DNA from: Octopus sinensis
Taxonomy: Eukaryota
DNA length: 64,000 nucleotides
Assembly (NCBI RefSeq): GCF_006345805.1
Contig: NC_043025.1
Coordinates: forward strand, 7,564,001 to 7,628,000
Direction: 5' to 3'
A program made the position numbers and the translations under genes. Under the pieces are notes generated by a model. It was not told the origin of the DNA. It was given only the letters and a program-made list of their open reading frames with translations, and searched no databases. Of the stretch, positions 26,807 to 39,717 are shown piece after piece; position 1 is the stretch's first letter, and each line of letters begins with the position of its first letter.

Positions 26807-26842
26807 CTTTTATGTTTCGAGCCTATGCTCTTCGTCAGAAAG
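26807..26842 (-). ncRNA. Minimal type-I hammerhead ribozyme motif (third family)
   Basis: CTTT CTGACGA A GAGC ATAG GCTC GAAA CATA AAAG. Perfect stem I (4 bp), stem II (4 bp) and core boxes. Confidence 0.7.
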
Positions 26843-26917
26843 GAACACAGAAATAAACAGGGAGAGAAAAATATAAAAGGTATAGTGGCTTTTGATCTGT
26901 AGATGTGTGCATGTACC

Positions 26918-26953
<36 letters not shown>

Positions 26954-27904
26954 CACACACGTGTACATATATAAGTATATATGTAGATATATATATGTAT
27001 ATATATCAAATTAAATACACAACCGAAAGAGCTGCTGATAGTTTCATGCTTTTATGATTCTTGAACAGGTACATTTATAAAATATGCCAAGTGTCCGTGG
27101 TATGTCAGCTTTGGCTGAAGTTATTTAAAATTTGCCACTTTACCACTTGGAGTTGGTGTTTACAATGCATATTTGTGTGTATGCATTGTGCAGTGCACAT
27201 GTTAGAGTCAAATACCTGCATGTATTACAGCCATGCATTTTGCATACCGATGGCAGCCCGAACGATGTAACAGCAGACTATGATAACAAAATCTTGCTTA
27301 ATAATGCAAAATGCCTAAATACCATTGAGTAGTTGAACTTTACAAACACCCACCTTGCTCATGTTTGTTTGTTTGTTTATGTGTGTGTGTGTGTGTGTGT
27401 GTATACATGTCTGTATGTATATGCATATATGTGTGTGTGTGTGTGTATATATATAGGCATATGTAAATATGTATGTGTATGTATATATATGCATGTATAC
27501 GTGCATACATGTGTGTGTATATATATATATATGCATATATATGTGTGTATATTCATATATGTTTATGTATATATATCTGTGAGAATGTATATGTGTGTAT
27601 ATACATATATGTGTGTGTTTATATATATATATATATGCATATATATGTGTATATTCATATATATGTTTATGTATATATATCTGTGAGAATGTATATGTGT
27701 GTATATACATATATGTGTGTGTTTATATATATATATATATATGCATGTGTATGTGTATGTATATACATGTATATATATGCATGTATACGTGCATACATGT
27801 GTGTGTGTGTATATATATATATCCATACATATGTGTGTATATTCATATAAATGTTTATGTATATATATCTGAGAATGTATGTGTGTATATACATATATGT
27901 GTGT

Positions 27905-27972
<68 letters not shown>

Positions 27973-28431
27973 TATACATATAAATATATATGTATGTATG
28001 TATATATGTGTGTATGTATGTATATATGTGTGTATGTATGTATATATGTGTGTACAATTACATACACAAGCAGAAACTCATATAAAGTCCTAATTGTGTT
28101 ACAGTATTATATTTGTATTATATTTTATTTAAATTTATACTTTAATACAAAAGAAAAATGTATTTGAGCATGTGTGTGTGTATTTATATAAGCATGTATT
28201 ACAATATATATATATATAATACATATATACATATATATATATATATGTGCCCTCTCATGCATGTAGATGTTACTTTAGAATGAAATGTTAGAATGTGCTA
28301 CAAATAAAAGGAAATCATGAAAACCAATCAGTTGTCTGAATTTTTTAATTTTATTAATTACTTTTGAATAGGGCAATAATTACTCACAAGAACAACAACA
28401 AGACCAACAACAGCAACAATAACAATTCCTT

Positions 28432-29170
28432 AAATAAACATAAAATCTCATTTTAGGGGATTATCCCGGGCCCGCAGTAGTATGACTGGTACTTATGGTT
28501 GGTAATAATAATAATAATACTTGTTTCGATTTTTGTCACAAGGCCAGTATTTTTATGGGTAAGGTGTACGTTGATTAGATTGGACGATATGCATGAGAAG
28601 ACGAAAGGTGAAGTGGACTTTGGTGGGATTTGAACTTAGAATGTAAAGAGCTGGAAGCATTTTGTTGAATGCACTAAAGATTCTGCCATCATTGCAGCCT
28701 TAATAAAAATGGTAATCCCTTCCACTGTAGGCGGAAGACCTAAATTTCGGGGGAAGGGGTCTGGTTGATAATATTGACTCCCAGTACTTGACCAAATAAA
28801 CATAAAATCTCATTTTAGGGGATTATTCCGGGTCCCCAGTATTATGACTGGTACTTATGTTGGTAATAATGATAATAATACTTGTTTCGATTTTTGTCAC
28901 AAGGCCAGTATTTTTATGGGTAAGGTGTACGTTGATTAGATTGACCGATATGCATGAGAAGACGAAAGGTAAAGTGGACTTTGATGGGATTTGAACTCAG
29001 AATGTAAAGAGCAGGACGTAATGCTTTGAAGCATTTTGTTGAATGCACTAAAGATTCTGCCATCATTGCAGCCTTAATAAAAATGGTTATCCCTTTTACT
29101 GTAGGCGGGAGACCTGAATTTCGGGGGGAAGGGGTCTGGTTGATAATATTGATCCCCCAGTGCTTGACCA
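28432..29170. repeat. Old direct tandem duplication, ~362-bp period, of SINE-derived sequence
   Basis: aaataaacataaaatctcattttagggg starts at 28432 and 28794. The copies differ by many substitutions and indels. Confidence 0.85.
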
Positions 29171-29317
29171 ATGTCCACTATAATCAACCCCGAAAGAATG
29201 CAAAGTAAAATTGCCCTCGGGCCAAACTTGAATTCAGAAAGTAAAACTAAAAGAAATGCTGCTAAGAAGTTTTGTCTGACATACTAATGAATCCACCATG
29301 ATGTCACCTAATTAATG

Positions 29318-29350
<33 letters not shown>

Positions 29351-29474
29351 GTAGTAGTAGTTGTGATGTTTGAAAAGCATAAGTTATCTTTCTGTTGTAG
29401 AAGTGTGAAGTCCAAGATACATTAGGTAGCTTTGTTTTCGCTCTCCCTAACTGTTAAGGATTGATAATGTAAAT

Positions 29475-29536
<62 letters not shown>

Positions 29537-29905
29537 ACGTTATAGTTACTGTAAAATTTAATATTCTGCCCATAATTATCAAACCACCAAAAATTCAGAG
29601 ATCCCCCTACTTCCCAGCTAAAACAGTGTATACATGTATGTGTGTGTGTATTGATATATATATTTATATGTGTGCATTTAGGTACATACATACATACATA
29701 CATATATATATATATACTTACATACATATATGTTTATATATATATATATTATATATATATATATACATACATACAGCTAATATAGGATGAATTTTTTTTT
29801 TTAAGAAAAAATTTTTATCAATGGCCAGCATATCAAAAATACCTTTAATGTTAAAATTATAAATAACATAAAATAAGGGCAAAAGAAGAATTTTTCTTTT
29901 GCCCT

Positions 29906-29956
<51 letters not shown>

Positions 29957-30435
29957 GAATAAAATATCAGGAGGTATGAGAGGTGAATATGTTTATTTAA
30001 ACACTTGTCATCTTTATGATTACATCTGTTTCGCAGCCCTCAGTACACTGATTTGTAAATATACAATTGTATTGTATAATGCATAGCGTGCCATGCAAAT
30101 TAGTGCAGGCATGTAAGCATAATCTGTTATACACTGAAATTGCTATTACAAAAAAACAGCTGTAATCATAAGGATTATAAGTTGTTAAATGAATATATTT
30201 ACCTCTTATACCCCCTAACTTTTTATCGTTTATATATTCCTCGTGAAATAATTTCATAGATTAGATCTCTTGGATTTCAGCTGCATAGAACTCTGCATTA
30301 TACTCTGCCTCATTGCCTTACTATGTGGTCTGATAACCAGGTCCCCTAGAGCAGCTTACTGTGGTAGCCACATGATTCTGTGGATCTATATATTGCACTA
30401 CAAATATATACACACATGCATATATATATATCAAA

Positions 30436-30842
30436 ATCGAAATCGATCAACATCAATGGAAATTGTAGCCGTGATACCATGCCGGTGGCATGTAAGCGAA
30501 CCATCCGAACGTGGCCATTGCCAGCGCTGCCCTGTCAGGCCTCCATGCTGGTGGCACGTAAAAAGCACCATCCGATCGTGGCCGTTGCCAGCCTCGTCTG
30601 GGCCCCGTGCTGGTGGCACATAAAAAGCACCATCCGAGCATGGCCGTTTGCCAGCCTTGTCTGGCACCTGTGTTGATGGCACGTAAAAAACACCCACTAC
30701 ACTCACGGAGTGGTTGGCGTTAGGAAGGGCATCCAGCCGTAGAAACATTGCCAGATGTAGAAACATTGCTTCCCAGACCCCAGTTGAACCATCCAACCCA
30801 TGCTAGCATGGAAAGCGGATGCTAAATGATGATGATGATGAT
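30436..30842 (+). mobile_element. (ATG)n-tailed retroposon fragment (same family as the 141-bp array source)
   Basis: ggagtggttggcgttaggaagggcatccagccgtagaaac...catgctagcatggaaagcggatgctaaatgatgatgatg. Confidence 0.7.
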
Positions 30843-31352
30843 GATATATATATATACTGCACACATGCACACACACCCATAATTGCCTGTAAAAGTCTCT
30901 TTGAGTGTATATTGAGCTCTTAGCTTAGTTAGATAGGTTTTTTGATACATACACACACATGCCAAAAGCAAAAAAAGAAAAAAAGACACAAGAAAAAATA
31001 AAATAAACAACCTCTAACCATGGTTGCTACAGAGCTGTGCATACACATAAAAATACGAACTAATATACCTACATGAAATATTTCCCCTTAAAATGTTACT
31101 CTAACCTTACATTTCTTTGCCCTCTCCCCTCTGTCTTTTTTTTTGTCATCTATCTATTTGACTGTCTCTTTTTTGTTTCAAATTTCAATGAATAAAATGA
31201 AAAAGTTTGATTTTATTTTCATTTTGTTCATTCTTCAATGATAAACCCAAGCACTGATTTTGTTTTACTTTATTCTTATTTGTCAATTAGTTAATTCTTT
31301 AATCAGCTAAATTTACCGCTTGTTTAATCACTTGGTTCATCAATCAGTTAGT

Positions 31353-31690
31353 GAAGGCGCATGGCTCAGTAGTTAAAGCGTTGAACTTATGACCGTGAGG
31401 ATGTATAGTTCGATTCCCGCACCGGGCTGTGTGTTGTGTTCTTGAGCAAGACACTTTATTTCATGTTGCTCCAGTTCTCTCTGCTGCAGAAATGCGTTGC
31501 AATGTCACCGGTGCAAAGCTGCATCATGGCCTTTACCTTTCCCTTGGATGACATCAGTAGCATGGTATGCATGGGCAGCTGCTGGCCTTCCATAAACCAT
31601 CTTGCCTGGACTTGTGCCTCAGAGGGTAACTTTCTAGGTGCAGTCCTATGGTCACTCATGACTGAAGGGGGTCATCCATCAGTCATTCAA
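31353..31690 (+). mobile_element. tRNA-derived SINE (family D)
   Basis: ggcgcatggctcagtagtt...gttcgattccc...cttgagcaagacacttta. Homologous to 45198-45540. Confidence 0.7.
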
Positions 31691-31889
31691 CTAATGTTTG
31701 TCAAAGTCCTTGCATCTCCAATTTTGAACTCATATATATAGGTGTAAGTGTGTCACGTTGTTCCGGGTTCAGTCCCACTGCATGGTATCTTGGACAAATG
31801 TCTTCTACTATAGCCTCAGGCTGACCAAAGCTTTACCAGTGCATTTGGTAGATGGAAACTGAAAGAAGCCCGGCGTGTATATATATATA

Positions 31890-32246
31890 CTCTTTTTACT
31901 CTTTTACTTGTTTCAGTCATTTGACTGTGGCCATGCTGGAGCACCGCCTTTAGTCGAGCAAATCGACCCCGGGACTTATTCTCTGTAAGCCCAGTACTTA
32001 TTCTATCAGTCTGTTTTGTCGAACTGCTAAGTGACGGGGACGTAAACACACCAGCATCGGTTGTGAAGCAATGCTAGGGGGACAATGACACAAACACATA
32101 CACACACATATATATACATATATACGACAGGCTTCTTTCAGTTTCCGTCTACCAAATCCACTCACAAGGCATTGGTCGGCCCCGGGACTGAATCCGGAAC
32201 ATGTGGTTGGTTAGCAAGCTACTTACCACACAGCCACTCCTGCGCC
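31890..32246 (-). mobile_element. Family-A SINE with internal deletion
   Basis: Reverse complement of 2436-2828. Confidence 0.75.
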
Positions 32247-32253
32247 TATATAT

Positions 32254-32318
<65 letters not shown>

Positions 32319-32555
32319 AGTGCATGTTTATTGTTGACATAACGTCCCTCCCAAGATACAACAAAAGCTGTTCCAACAGGAGTTCATGTCAAGAATTTCA
32401 AGAATGTTGCTAACCAAATGCAAAAATGAAATACTTAATATTCTATCTGTATTTTTTAATCATTGTATTTTTATCTTTATTTAATTTCTTTCATTAACCA
32501 TTTAGCATTCACATTACTCTTTCAACTGTGATTCTTATTTATCCACATTGTTTTG

Positions 32556-35500
32556 AATTAATCCTGCATTATCTCATAGCTTTGAGATTTCAATGATATG
32601 ATTGTTTATTTTTAGAATGACATTGTAGGGTAGGTGTGAGAGGCAGGATCTGGCCTTGTTTTTAATTAATCCTGCATTATCTCATAGCTTTGAGATTTCA
32701 ATGATATGATTGTTTATTTTTAGAATGACATTGTAGGGTAGGTGTGAGAGGCAGGATCTGGCTTGTTTTTAATTAATCCTGCATTATCTCATAGCTTTGA
32801 GATTTCAATGATGTGATTGTTTATTTTTAGAATGACATTGTAGGGTAGGTGTGAGAGGCAGGATCTGGCCTTGTTTTTAATTAATCCTGCATTATCTCAT
32901 AGCTTGAGATTTCAATGATGTGATTTTTATTTTTAGAATGACATTGTAGGGTAGGTGTGAGAGGCAGGATCTGGCCTTGTTTTTATTAATCCTGCATATC
33001 TCATAGCTTTGAGATTTCAATGATGTGATTGGTTAGTTTTAGAATGACATTGTAGGGTAGGTATGAGAGGAGGATCTGGCCTTGTTTTTAATTAATCCTG
33101 CATTATCTCATAGCTTTGAGATTTCAATGATGTGATTGTTTATTTTTAGAATGACATTGTAGGGTAGGTGTGAGAGGCAGGATCTGGCCTTGTTTTTAAT
33201 TAATCCTGCATTATCTCATAGCTTTGAGATTTCAATGATGTGATTGTTTATTTTTAGAATGACATTGTAGGGTAGGTGTGAGAGGCAGGATCTGGCCTTG
33301 TTTTTAATTAATCCTGCATTATCTCATAGCTTTGAGATTTCAATGATGTGATTGTTTATTTTTAGAATGACATTGTAGGGTAGGTGTGAGAGGCAGGATC
33401 TGGCCTTGTTTTTAATTAATCCTGCATTATCTCATAGCTTTGAGATTTCAATGATGTGATTGTTTATTTTTAGAATGACATTGTAGGGTAGGTATGAGAG
33501 GCAGGATCTGGCCTTGTTTTGAATTAATCCTGCATTATCTCATAGCTTTGAGATTTCAATGATGTGATTGTTTATTTTTAAAATGACATTGTAGGCTAGG
33601 TGTGAGAGGCAGGATCTGGCCTTGTTTTGAATTAATCCTGCATTATCTCATAGCTTTGAGATTTCAATGATGTGATTGTTTATTTTTAGAATGACATTGT
33701 AGGGTAGGTATGAGAGGCAGGATCTGGCCTTGTTTTGAATTAATCCTGCATTATCTCATAGCTTTGAGATTTCAATGATGTGATTGTTTATTTTTAAAAT
33801 GACATTGTAGGCTAGGTGTGAGAGGCAGGATCTGGCCTTGTTTTGAATTAATCCTGCATTATCTCATAGCTTTGAGATTTCAATGATGTGATTGTTTATT
33901 TTTAGAATGACATTGTAGGCTAGGTGTGAGAGGCTGGATCAGGCCTTGTTTTGAATTAATCATGCATTATCTCACAGCTTTGAGATTTCAATGATGTGAT
34001 TGGTTAGTTTTAGAATGACATTGTAGGGTAGGTGTGAGAGGCAGGATCTGGCCTGTTTTTAATTAATCCTGCATTATCTCATAGCTTTGAGATTTCAATG
34101 ATATGATTGTTTATTTTTAGAATGACATTGTAGGGTAGGTGTGAGAGGCAGGATCTGGCCTGTTTTTAATTAATCCTGCATTATCTCAAGCTTTGAGATT
34201 TCAATGATGTGTTGTTTATTTTTAGAATGACATTGTAGGGTAGGTGTGAGAGGCAGGATCTGGCCTTGTTTTTAATTAATCCTGCTTATCTCATAGCTTT
34301 GAGATTTCAATGATGTGATTGTTTATTTTTAGAATGACATTGTAGGGTAGGTGTGAGAGGCAGGATCTGGCCTTGTTTTTATTTAATCCTGCATATCTCA
34401 TAGCTTTGAGATTTCAATGATGTGATTGGTTAGTTTTAGAATGACATTGTAGGGTAGGTATGAGAGGCAGGATCTGGCCTTGTTTTTAATTAATCCTGCA
34501 TTATCTCATAGCTTTGAGATTTCAATGATGTGATTGTTTATTTTTAGAATGACATTGTAGGGTAGGGTAGGTGTGAGAGGCAGGATCTGGCCTTGTTTTT
34601 AATTAATCCTGCATTATCTCATAGCTTTGAGATTTCAATGATGTGATTGTTTATTTTTAGAATGACATTGTAGGGTAGGTGTGAGAGGCAGGATCTGGCC
34701 TTGTTTTTAATAATCCTGCATTATCTCATAGCTTTGAGATTTCAATGATGTGATTGTTTATTTTTAGAATGACATTGTAGGGTAGGGGTGAGAGGCAGGA
34801 TCTGGCTTGTTTTTAATTAATCCTGCATTATCTCATAGCTTTGAGATTCAATGATGTGATTGTTTATTTTTAGAATGACATTGTAGGGTAGGTATGAGAG
34901 GCAGGATCTGGCCTTGTTTTGAATTAATCCTGCATTATCTCATAGCTTTGAGATTTCAATGATGTGATTGTTTATTTTTAGAATGACATTGTAGGCTAGG
35001 TGTGAGAGGCAGGATCTGGCCTTGTTTTGAATTAATCCTGCATTATCTCATAGCTTTGAGATTTCAATGATGTGATTGTTTATTTTTAGAATGACATTGT
35101 AGGGTAGGTATGAGAGGCAGGATCTGGCCTTGTTTTGAATTAATCCTGCATTATCTCATAGCTTTGAGATTTCAATGATGTGATTTTTATTTTTAGAATG
35201 ACATTGTAGGCTAGGTGTGAGAGGCAGGATCTGCCTTGTTTTGAATTAATCCTGCATTATCTCATAGCTTTGAGATTTCAATGATGTGATTGTTTATTTT
35301 TAGAATGACATTGTAGGCTAGGTGTGAGAGGCTGGATCAGGCCTTGTTTTGAATTAATCATGCATATCTCACAGCTTTGAGATTTCAATGATGTGATTGG
35401 TTAGTTTTAGAATGACATTGTAGGGTAGGTGTGAGAGGCAGGATCTGGCCTTGTTTTTAATTAATCATGCATTATCTCATGGCTTTGAGATTTCAATGAT

Positions 35501-35770
35501 GTGATTGGTTAGTTTTAGAATGACATTGTAGGGTAGGTGTGAGAGGCAGGATCTGGCCTTGTTTTTAATTAATCATGCATTATCTCATGGCTTTGAGATT
35601 TCAATGATGTGATTGTTTATTTTTAAAATGACATTGTAGGCTAGGTGTGAGAGGCTGGATCAGGCCTTGTTTTGAATTAATCATGCATTATCTCACAGCT
35701 TTGAGATTTCAATGATGTGATTGTTTATTTTTAGAATGACATTGTAGGGTATGTGTGAGAGGCAGGATCT
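32556..35770. repeat. Tandem array, 108-bp unit, ~30 copies, internal to a piggyBac-type MITE
   Basis: aattaatcctgcattatctcatagc...ggatctggccttgttttt starts at 32556 and 32664. MITE left end ttaaccatttagcattc at ~32495; right-end remnant gaacataaaacatagaatatttgg at ~35780. Confidence 0.95.
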
Positions 35771-35865
35771 TGTTGGATTGAACATAAAACATAGAATATT
35801 TGGACCATATATGACTGATTAATCCTTTAGCATTCAGATTACTCTGTCAAATGTAATCCTTATTT

Positions 35866-36470
35866 ATTATCCCCACCTTAGCAATGGTGGAGGTATTGTT
35901 TTCAGTGATGCTTTTTTGCTTGTTTGTCCGTGGACAAGATATCTCAAGAACCGCTGGATGAATTTGGATGAAACTTTCAGGGATGTTTGGCCTCATGACT
36001 GGCACAAACTGATTAGAGTTTGGGATTGATCCAGTACCGAACAAGGACTCTGGATTATTTGTTACATTTACTTGACTTTATATGATTACAATCTTATGTT
36101 AACTTTCAAGTCTTTCTCAATTATCTCCCTTTAGGCTGTAACTATTTTGAATGGTGAATTTGTTAACTTTGGTTTGTATTAGATAAGGACAAAACTATTT
36201 ATTACTGTTACTAAATTTTCTACAGCCACCTTCACATTTCATGACCACCATTGGGATTAATCAGGTACCGGACAAAGGTTCTGGATTATTTTTCCAATTT
36301 TTTTACTTAATTTTTAAGAGCAGATGGGTTCGTTTTTAGTATTCTTGGTTGCGAGAGCAGTTGTTTATTTCAGATATTCTCATTTTAAAAATCACCTCCA
36401 GCTAATTGTTGAGAGGACATTGGTGTTGCCTTGGCAGAGGCTTGTGCTTTCTGAGTGCTCTTTTTTTTTC
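35866..36470 (+). mobile_element. Helentron/DINE-like non-autonomous element, interrupted
   Basis: 5' ccccacc...ggtggagg subterminal hairpin, gatatctcaagaacc...ggatgaaactt core, and 3' ttggcagaggcttgtgctttctgagtgc followed by a T-run. Confidence 0.55.
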
Positions 36471-36809
36471 CCCTCTAGTTTCAGCTCAATGCTGTGGCCA
36501 TGCTGATGCACGACCCTTAAAATAATAAATGCACCCTTTTAAAGCCTAGCCAGGCTCATGGGCCCGGTTTCCCGGTTTCTATGGCGTATGTGTTCCCCTG
36601 TTAGACGGGGCGCCAGTCCATCGCAGCGTTACTCATTTTTGCCAGCTGAGTGGACTGGAGCAATGTGAAATGAAGTGTTTTGCTCAAGAACACAACACGT
36701 CGCCCGGTCCAGGAATCGAAACCACAATCTTACTATCATGATGCTGACACCCTAACCACTAAGCCACGTGCCTCCACATTGTTCCCATTGCGTTGCTTTA
36801 GTCATGCAT

Positions 36810-37525
36810 TATAAATATAATGAAATTATTGTATACAGTGCTCAGGTGCACCACAACTTGTCAAAAGTGCGTATAAAGCATATGCAGTAATGTACAAATG
36901 TCTGGAAAGCGAACAATGTATGAGTTAGATACATGCTTGCGTGTGTATGGAGGGGAGAAAATCAGGTGTAGTGTTGGCGAATCTCAGGAAGCATGGAAGT
37001 TTTGAAGGATGCAGTGCTCCGACAACTAACAACTGATGCCGGCAGTTTGTTCCATGCTTCAGCAACTCTCAGTGTGAAAAAATGTTTCCTAAAGTCATGG
37101 GAGCTGTGCTGTTTTCTGACTTTGTAAATATGTCCACGGGTGTTAGACGGGTGGAGTTTGAAAAGGTGCTCAGAGTTATTGTTTGTAAGATGGTTGATAA
37201 TTTTATGGGTGTCTGCCAAGTCAGCTGCCAGACGTAGGAGTTTCAATGTGTCCATGCCCAGGGCAGTAAGGCGTTCAGAATATGGCAAATGCCTGATGGA
37301 GGGTATTCTTTTGGTTGCACGTCACTGAACGGCTTCCAAATGATTGATATTCTGGGCAAGATAGGGGTTCCAGACTGGTGATGCAAATTCCAGGTGAGGT
37401 CTTACTAAAGCTATATAAAGCTGCAGATAGATAGCCGGAGAGTGGCTCAGAACGGATTTGGTGAGTGATGCCAAGACACCCTCAGCCTTCTTGGCAATTT
37501 TAGCGATGTGTTTTGTCCAACGCAT
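36810..37525 (-). mobile_element. 5'-truncated CR1/L2-clade LINE (end of ORF2 plus 3' UTR)
   Basis: Translation ...LYIALVRPHLEFASPVWNPY...LEAVQ*RATK...PYSERL..LG...L..R...DL...HKII...RGH.YK....RKHFFTLRVAEAWNKLP; one in-frame stop. Confidence 0.85.
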
Positions 37526-38257
37526 TATCTCAGAGCTTCAAGATGTCTTACTTTTAAGAGGTGGTAAGAGAAAAAGCTGCAGGACTAATAATGCTTAATA
37601 AAAAATAACTGATTTACCTAAGTTTTCGTATCATCTTCAAAATGGTCCCCTTGCTCAGCAATACACCAATCCCAGCATCCCTGACACTTTTGGAATCCAG
37701 CCTGGAAGATGTTGCCTGTAAGAAATTTGCGAACCTTCAACATAAGTAACAGTTCAGCATGTTTCTTTTCTAGGTTTTCTTAAACTAAAATTTTTCTTTT
37801 TTGGTTCTTAACCTTCCATGGCTGCGTAGTTAAGCGGTTCACTTCCCAATCACATGGAAACCGGGGAGCATCAGTGGAGCCTGGTACAGCTCTGTGGCTC
37901 GTCAGACTCTGCCAAAACAGTCCAACCCATGCCAGCATGATGATGATGATGATGATGATGATCCTCCTCCTCCTCCTCCTCAGCACACCTACATATTACT
38001 TACCATTTCAGAATTGGACTAAGTCATCTCATGAGGAAAAAATAGGAAAAAAAAAAAACCCCACATACAAACACCTATATAATAATATAAAAAAAAATCA
38101 CACTCCCCACCTCACCCAACCTCAACTACCTTTCAGTGAGTTTGATCCCCCACCTCCCCATCATTATCGTCATCAGGCGTCATTTTTGGTCTAAATGTGA
38201 AAGAATGAGTCATTGCTAATGAGATTAATGGTCTTAATATTACGGACTGTTAACAGT

Positions 38258-38832
38258 GGCGCAGGAGTGGCTGTGTGGTAAGTAGCTTGCTTACCAAATA
38301 CATGGTTCCGGGTTCAGTTCCACTGCGTGGCATCTTGGGCAAGTGTCTTCTACTATAGCCTCGGGCCGACCAAAGCCTTGTGAGTGGATTTGGTAGATGG
38401 AAACTGAAAGAAGCCCATCATATATATATATATATATATATAAATAGGCATAGGAGTGGCTGTGTGGTAAGTAGCTTGCTTACCAACCACATGGTTCCAG
38501 GTTCAGTCCCACTGCGTGGCACCTTGGGCAAGTGTCTTCTACTATAGCCTCGGGCCGACCAAAGCCTTGTGAGTGGATTTGGTAGACGGAAACTGAAAGA
38601 AGCCTGTCGTATATATATATATATATGCGTGTGTGTGTCTGAGTTTGTCCCCCTAGTATTGCTTGACAACCGATGCTGGTGTGTTTATGTCCCCGTTACT
38701 TAGCGGTTCGGCAAAAGAGACCGATAGAATAAGTACTGGGCTTACAAAAGAATAAGTCCCGGGGTCGAGTTGCTCATTTAAAGGCGGTGCTCCAGCATGG
38801 CCGCAGTCAAATGACTGAAACAAGTAAAAGAG
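38258..38832 (+). mobile_element. Family-A SINE with tandemly duplicated head
   Basis: Heads at ~38258 and ~38447 are separated by (TA)n; single 3' half. Confidence 0.8.
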
Positions 38833-38999
38833 AGAAAGAGATATATAAAACTCGAGAGGGCAAGTGGTAAAGAAAAGATTGTTTCAGTCATTTGACTGCG
38901 GCCATGCTGGAGCACCGCCTTTTTATGTGAAATGCATTAGGAATTAGGAAGGGAAACCCACAAACCCAGACCCAATCTTCACCAGTTTCTTAAGGATGT

Positions 39000-39509
39000 C
39001 TAATCTGAATAAACTATTCACCTGTAGCTTTCTCTCTCTCTCACTCCCTCTCTCTGTCTTTCTCACTGCCTCTCATTTTCTCCATTCACCCTCTTTATAT
39101 CACTTATTCTCTCTACTTCTCCATCCCCTCTCCATCACTGTCTCTCTTTCTTTCCTCTCACTCTTTCCATCACCTTCTCTATCACTTACTTTCTCCGACT
39201 CTATCACTCCCTCTCTCTCATTCTCTGTAGTCCTCTCCCCTCACTCCACCAGTGTATCATCCTCTCTCTCTCACTTACTCTCTCTTTTACTAACCCTGAA
39301 GGTCATTCTTTCTCATTCTTACATTCCTTCTTTCTTTCTCTCTCTCTCACTTTGTCCTTCCTAGCTCCTTTCCCCCTCATCTGTTCCTCCACGCTGTCTC
39401 TCTCTCCTCACCTTCCCCGCCTCTCTCACCCTTCATCTCCCTTTCTCTTTTACAGTCTATCACTCTCTCATCTCCACCTTCTCTGTCTACGTATGTCTGT
39501 ACCTACTTA

Positions 39510-39548
<39 letters not shown>

Positions 39549-39658
39549 CTATCTATCAATCTATCTATCCGTCTGTCTATCTATCTATCTATCTGTCTAT
39601 CTACCTATCTATCCATCCATCTATCTATCTATCTATCTATCCACCCACCCATCCACCC

Positions 39659-39717
<59 letters not shown>

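Noticed and set aside
3178-31010. Numerous Y/I/C/V/M/H-rich ORFs in the track (e.g. 7170-7536, 21206-21736, 25311-25804, 27315-28093)
   Set aside because: Translations of (TA)n, (TG)n and (TATG)n microsatellites and SINE consensus sequence.
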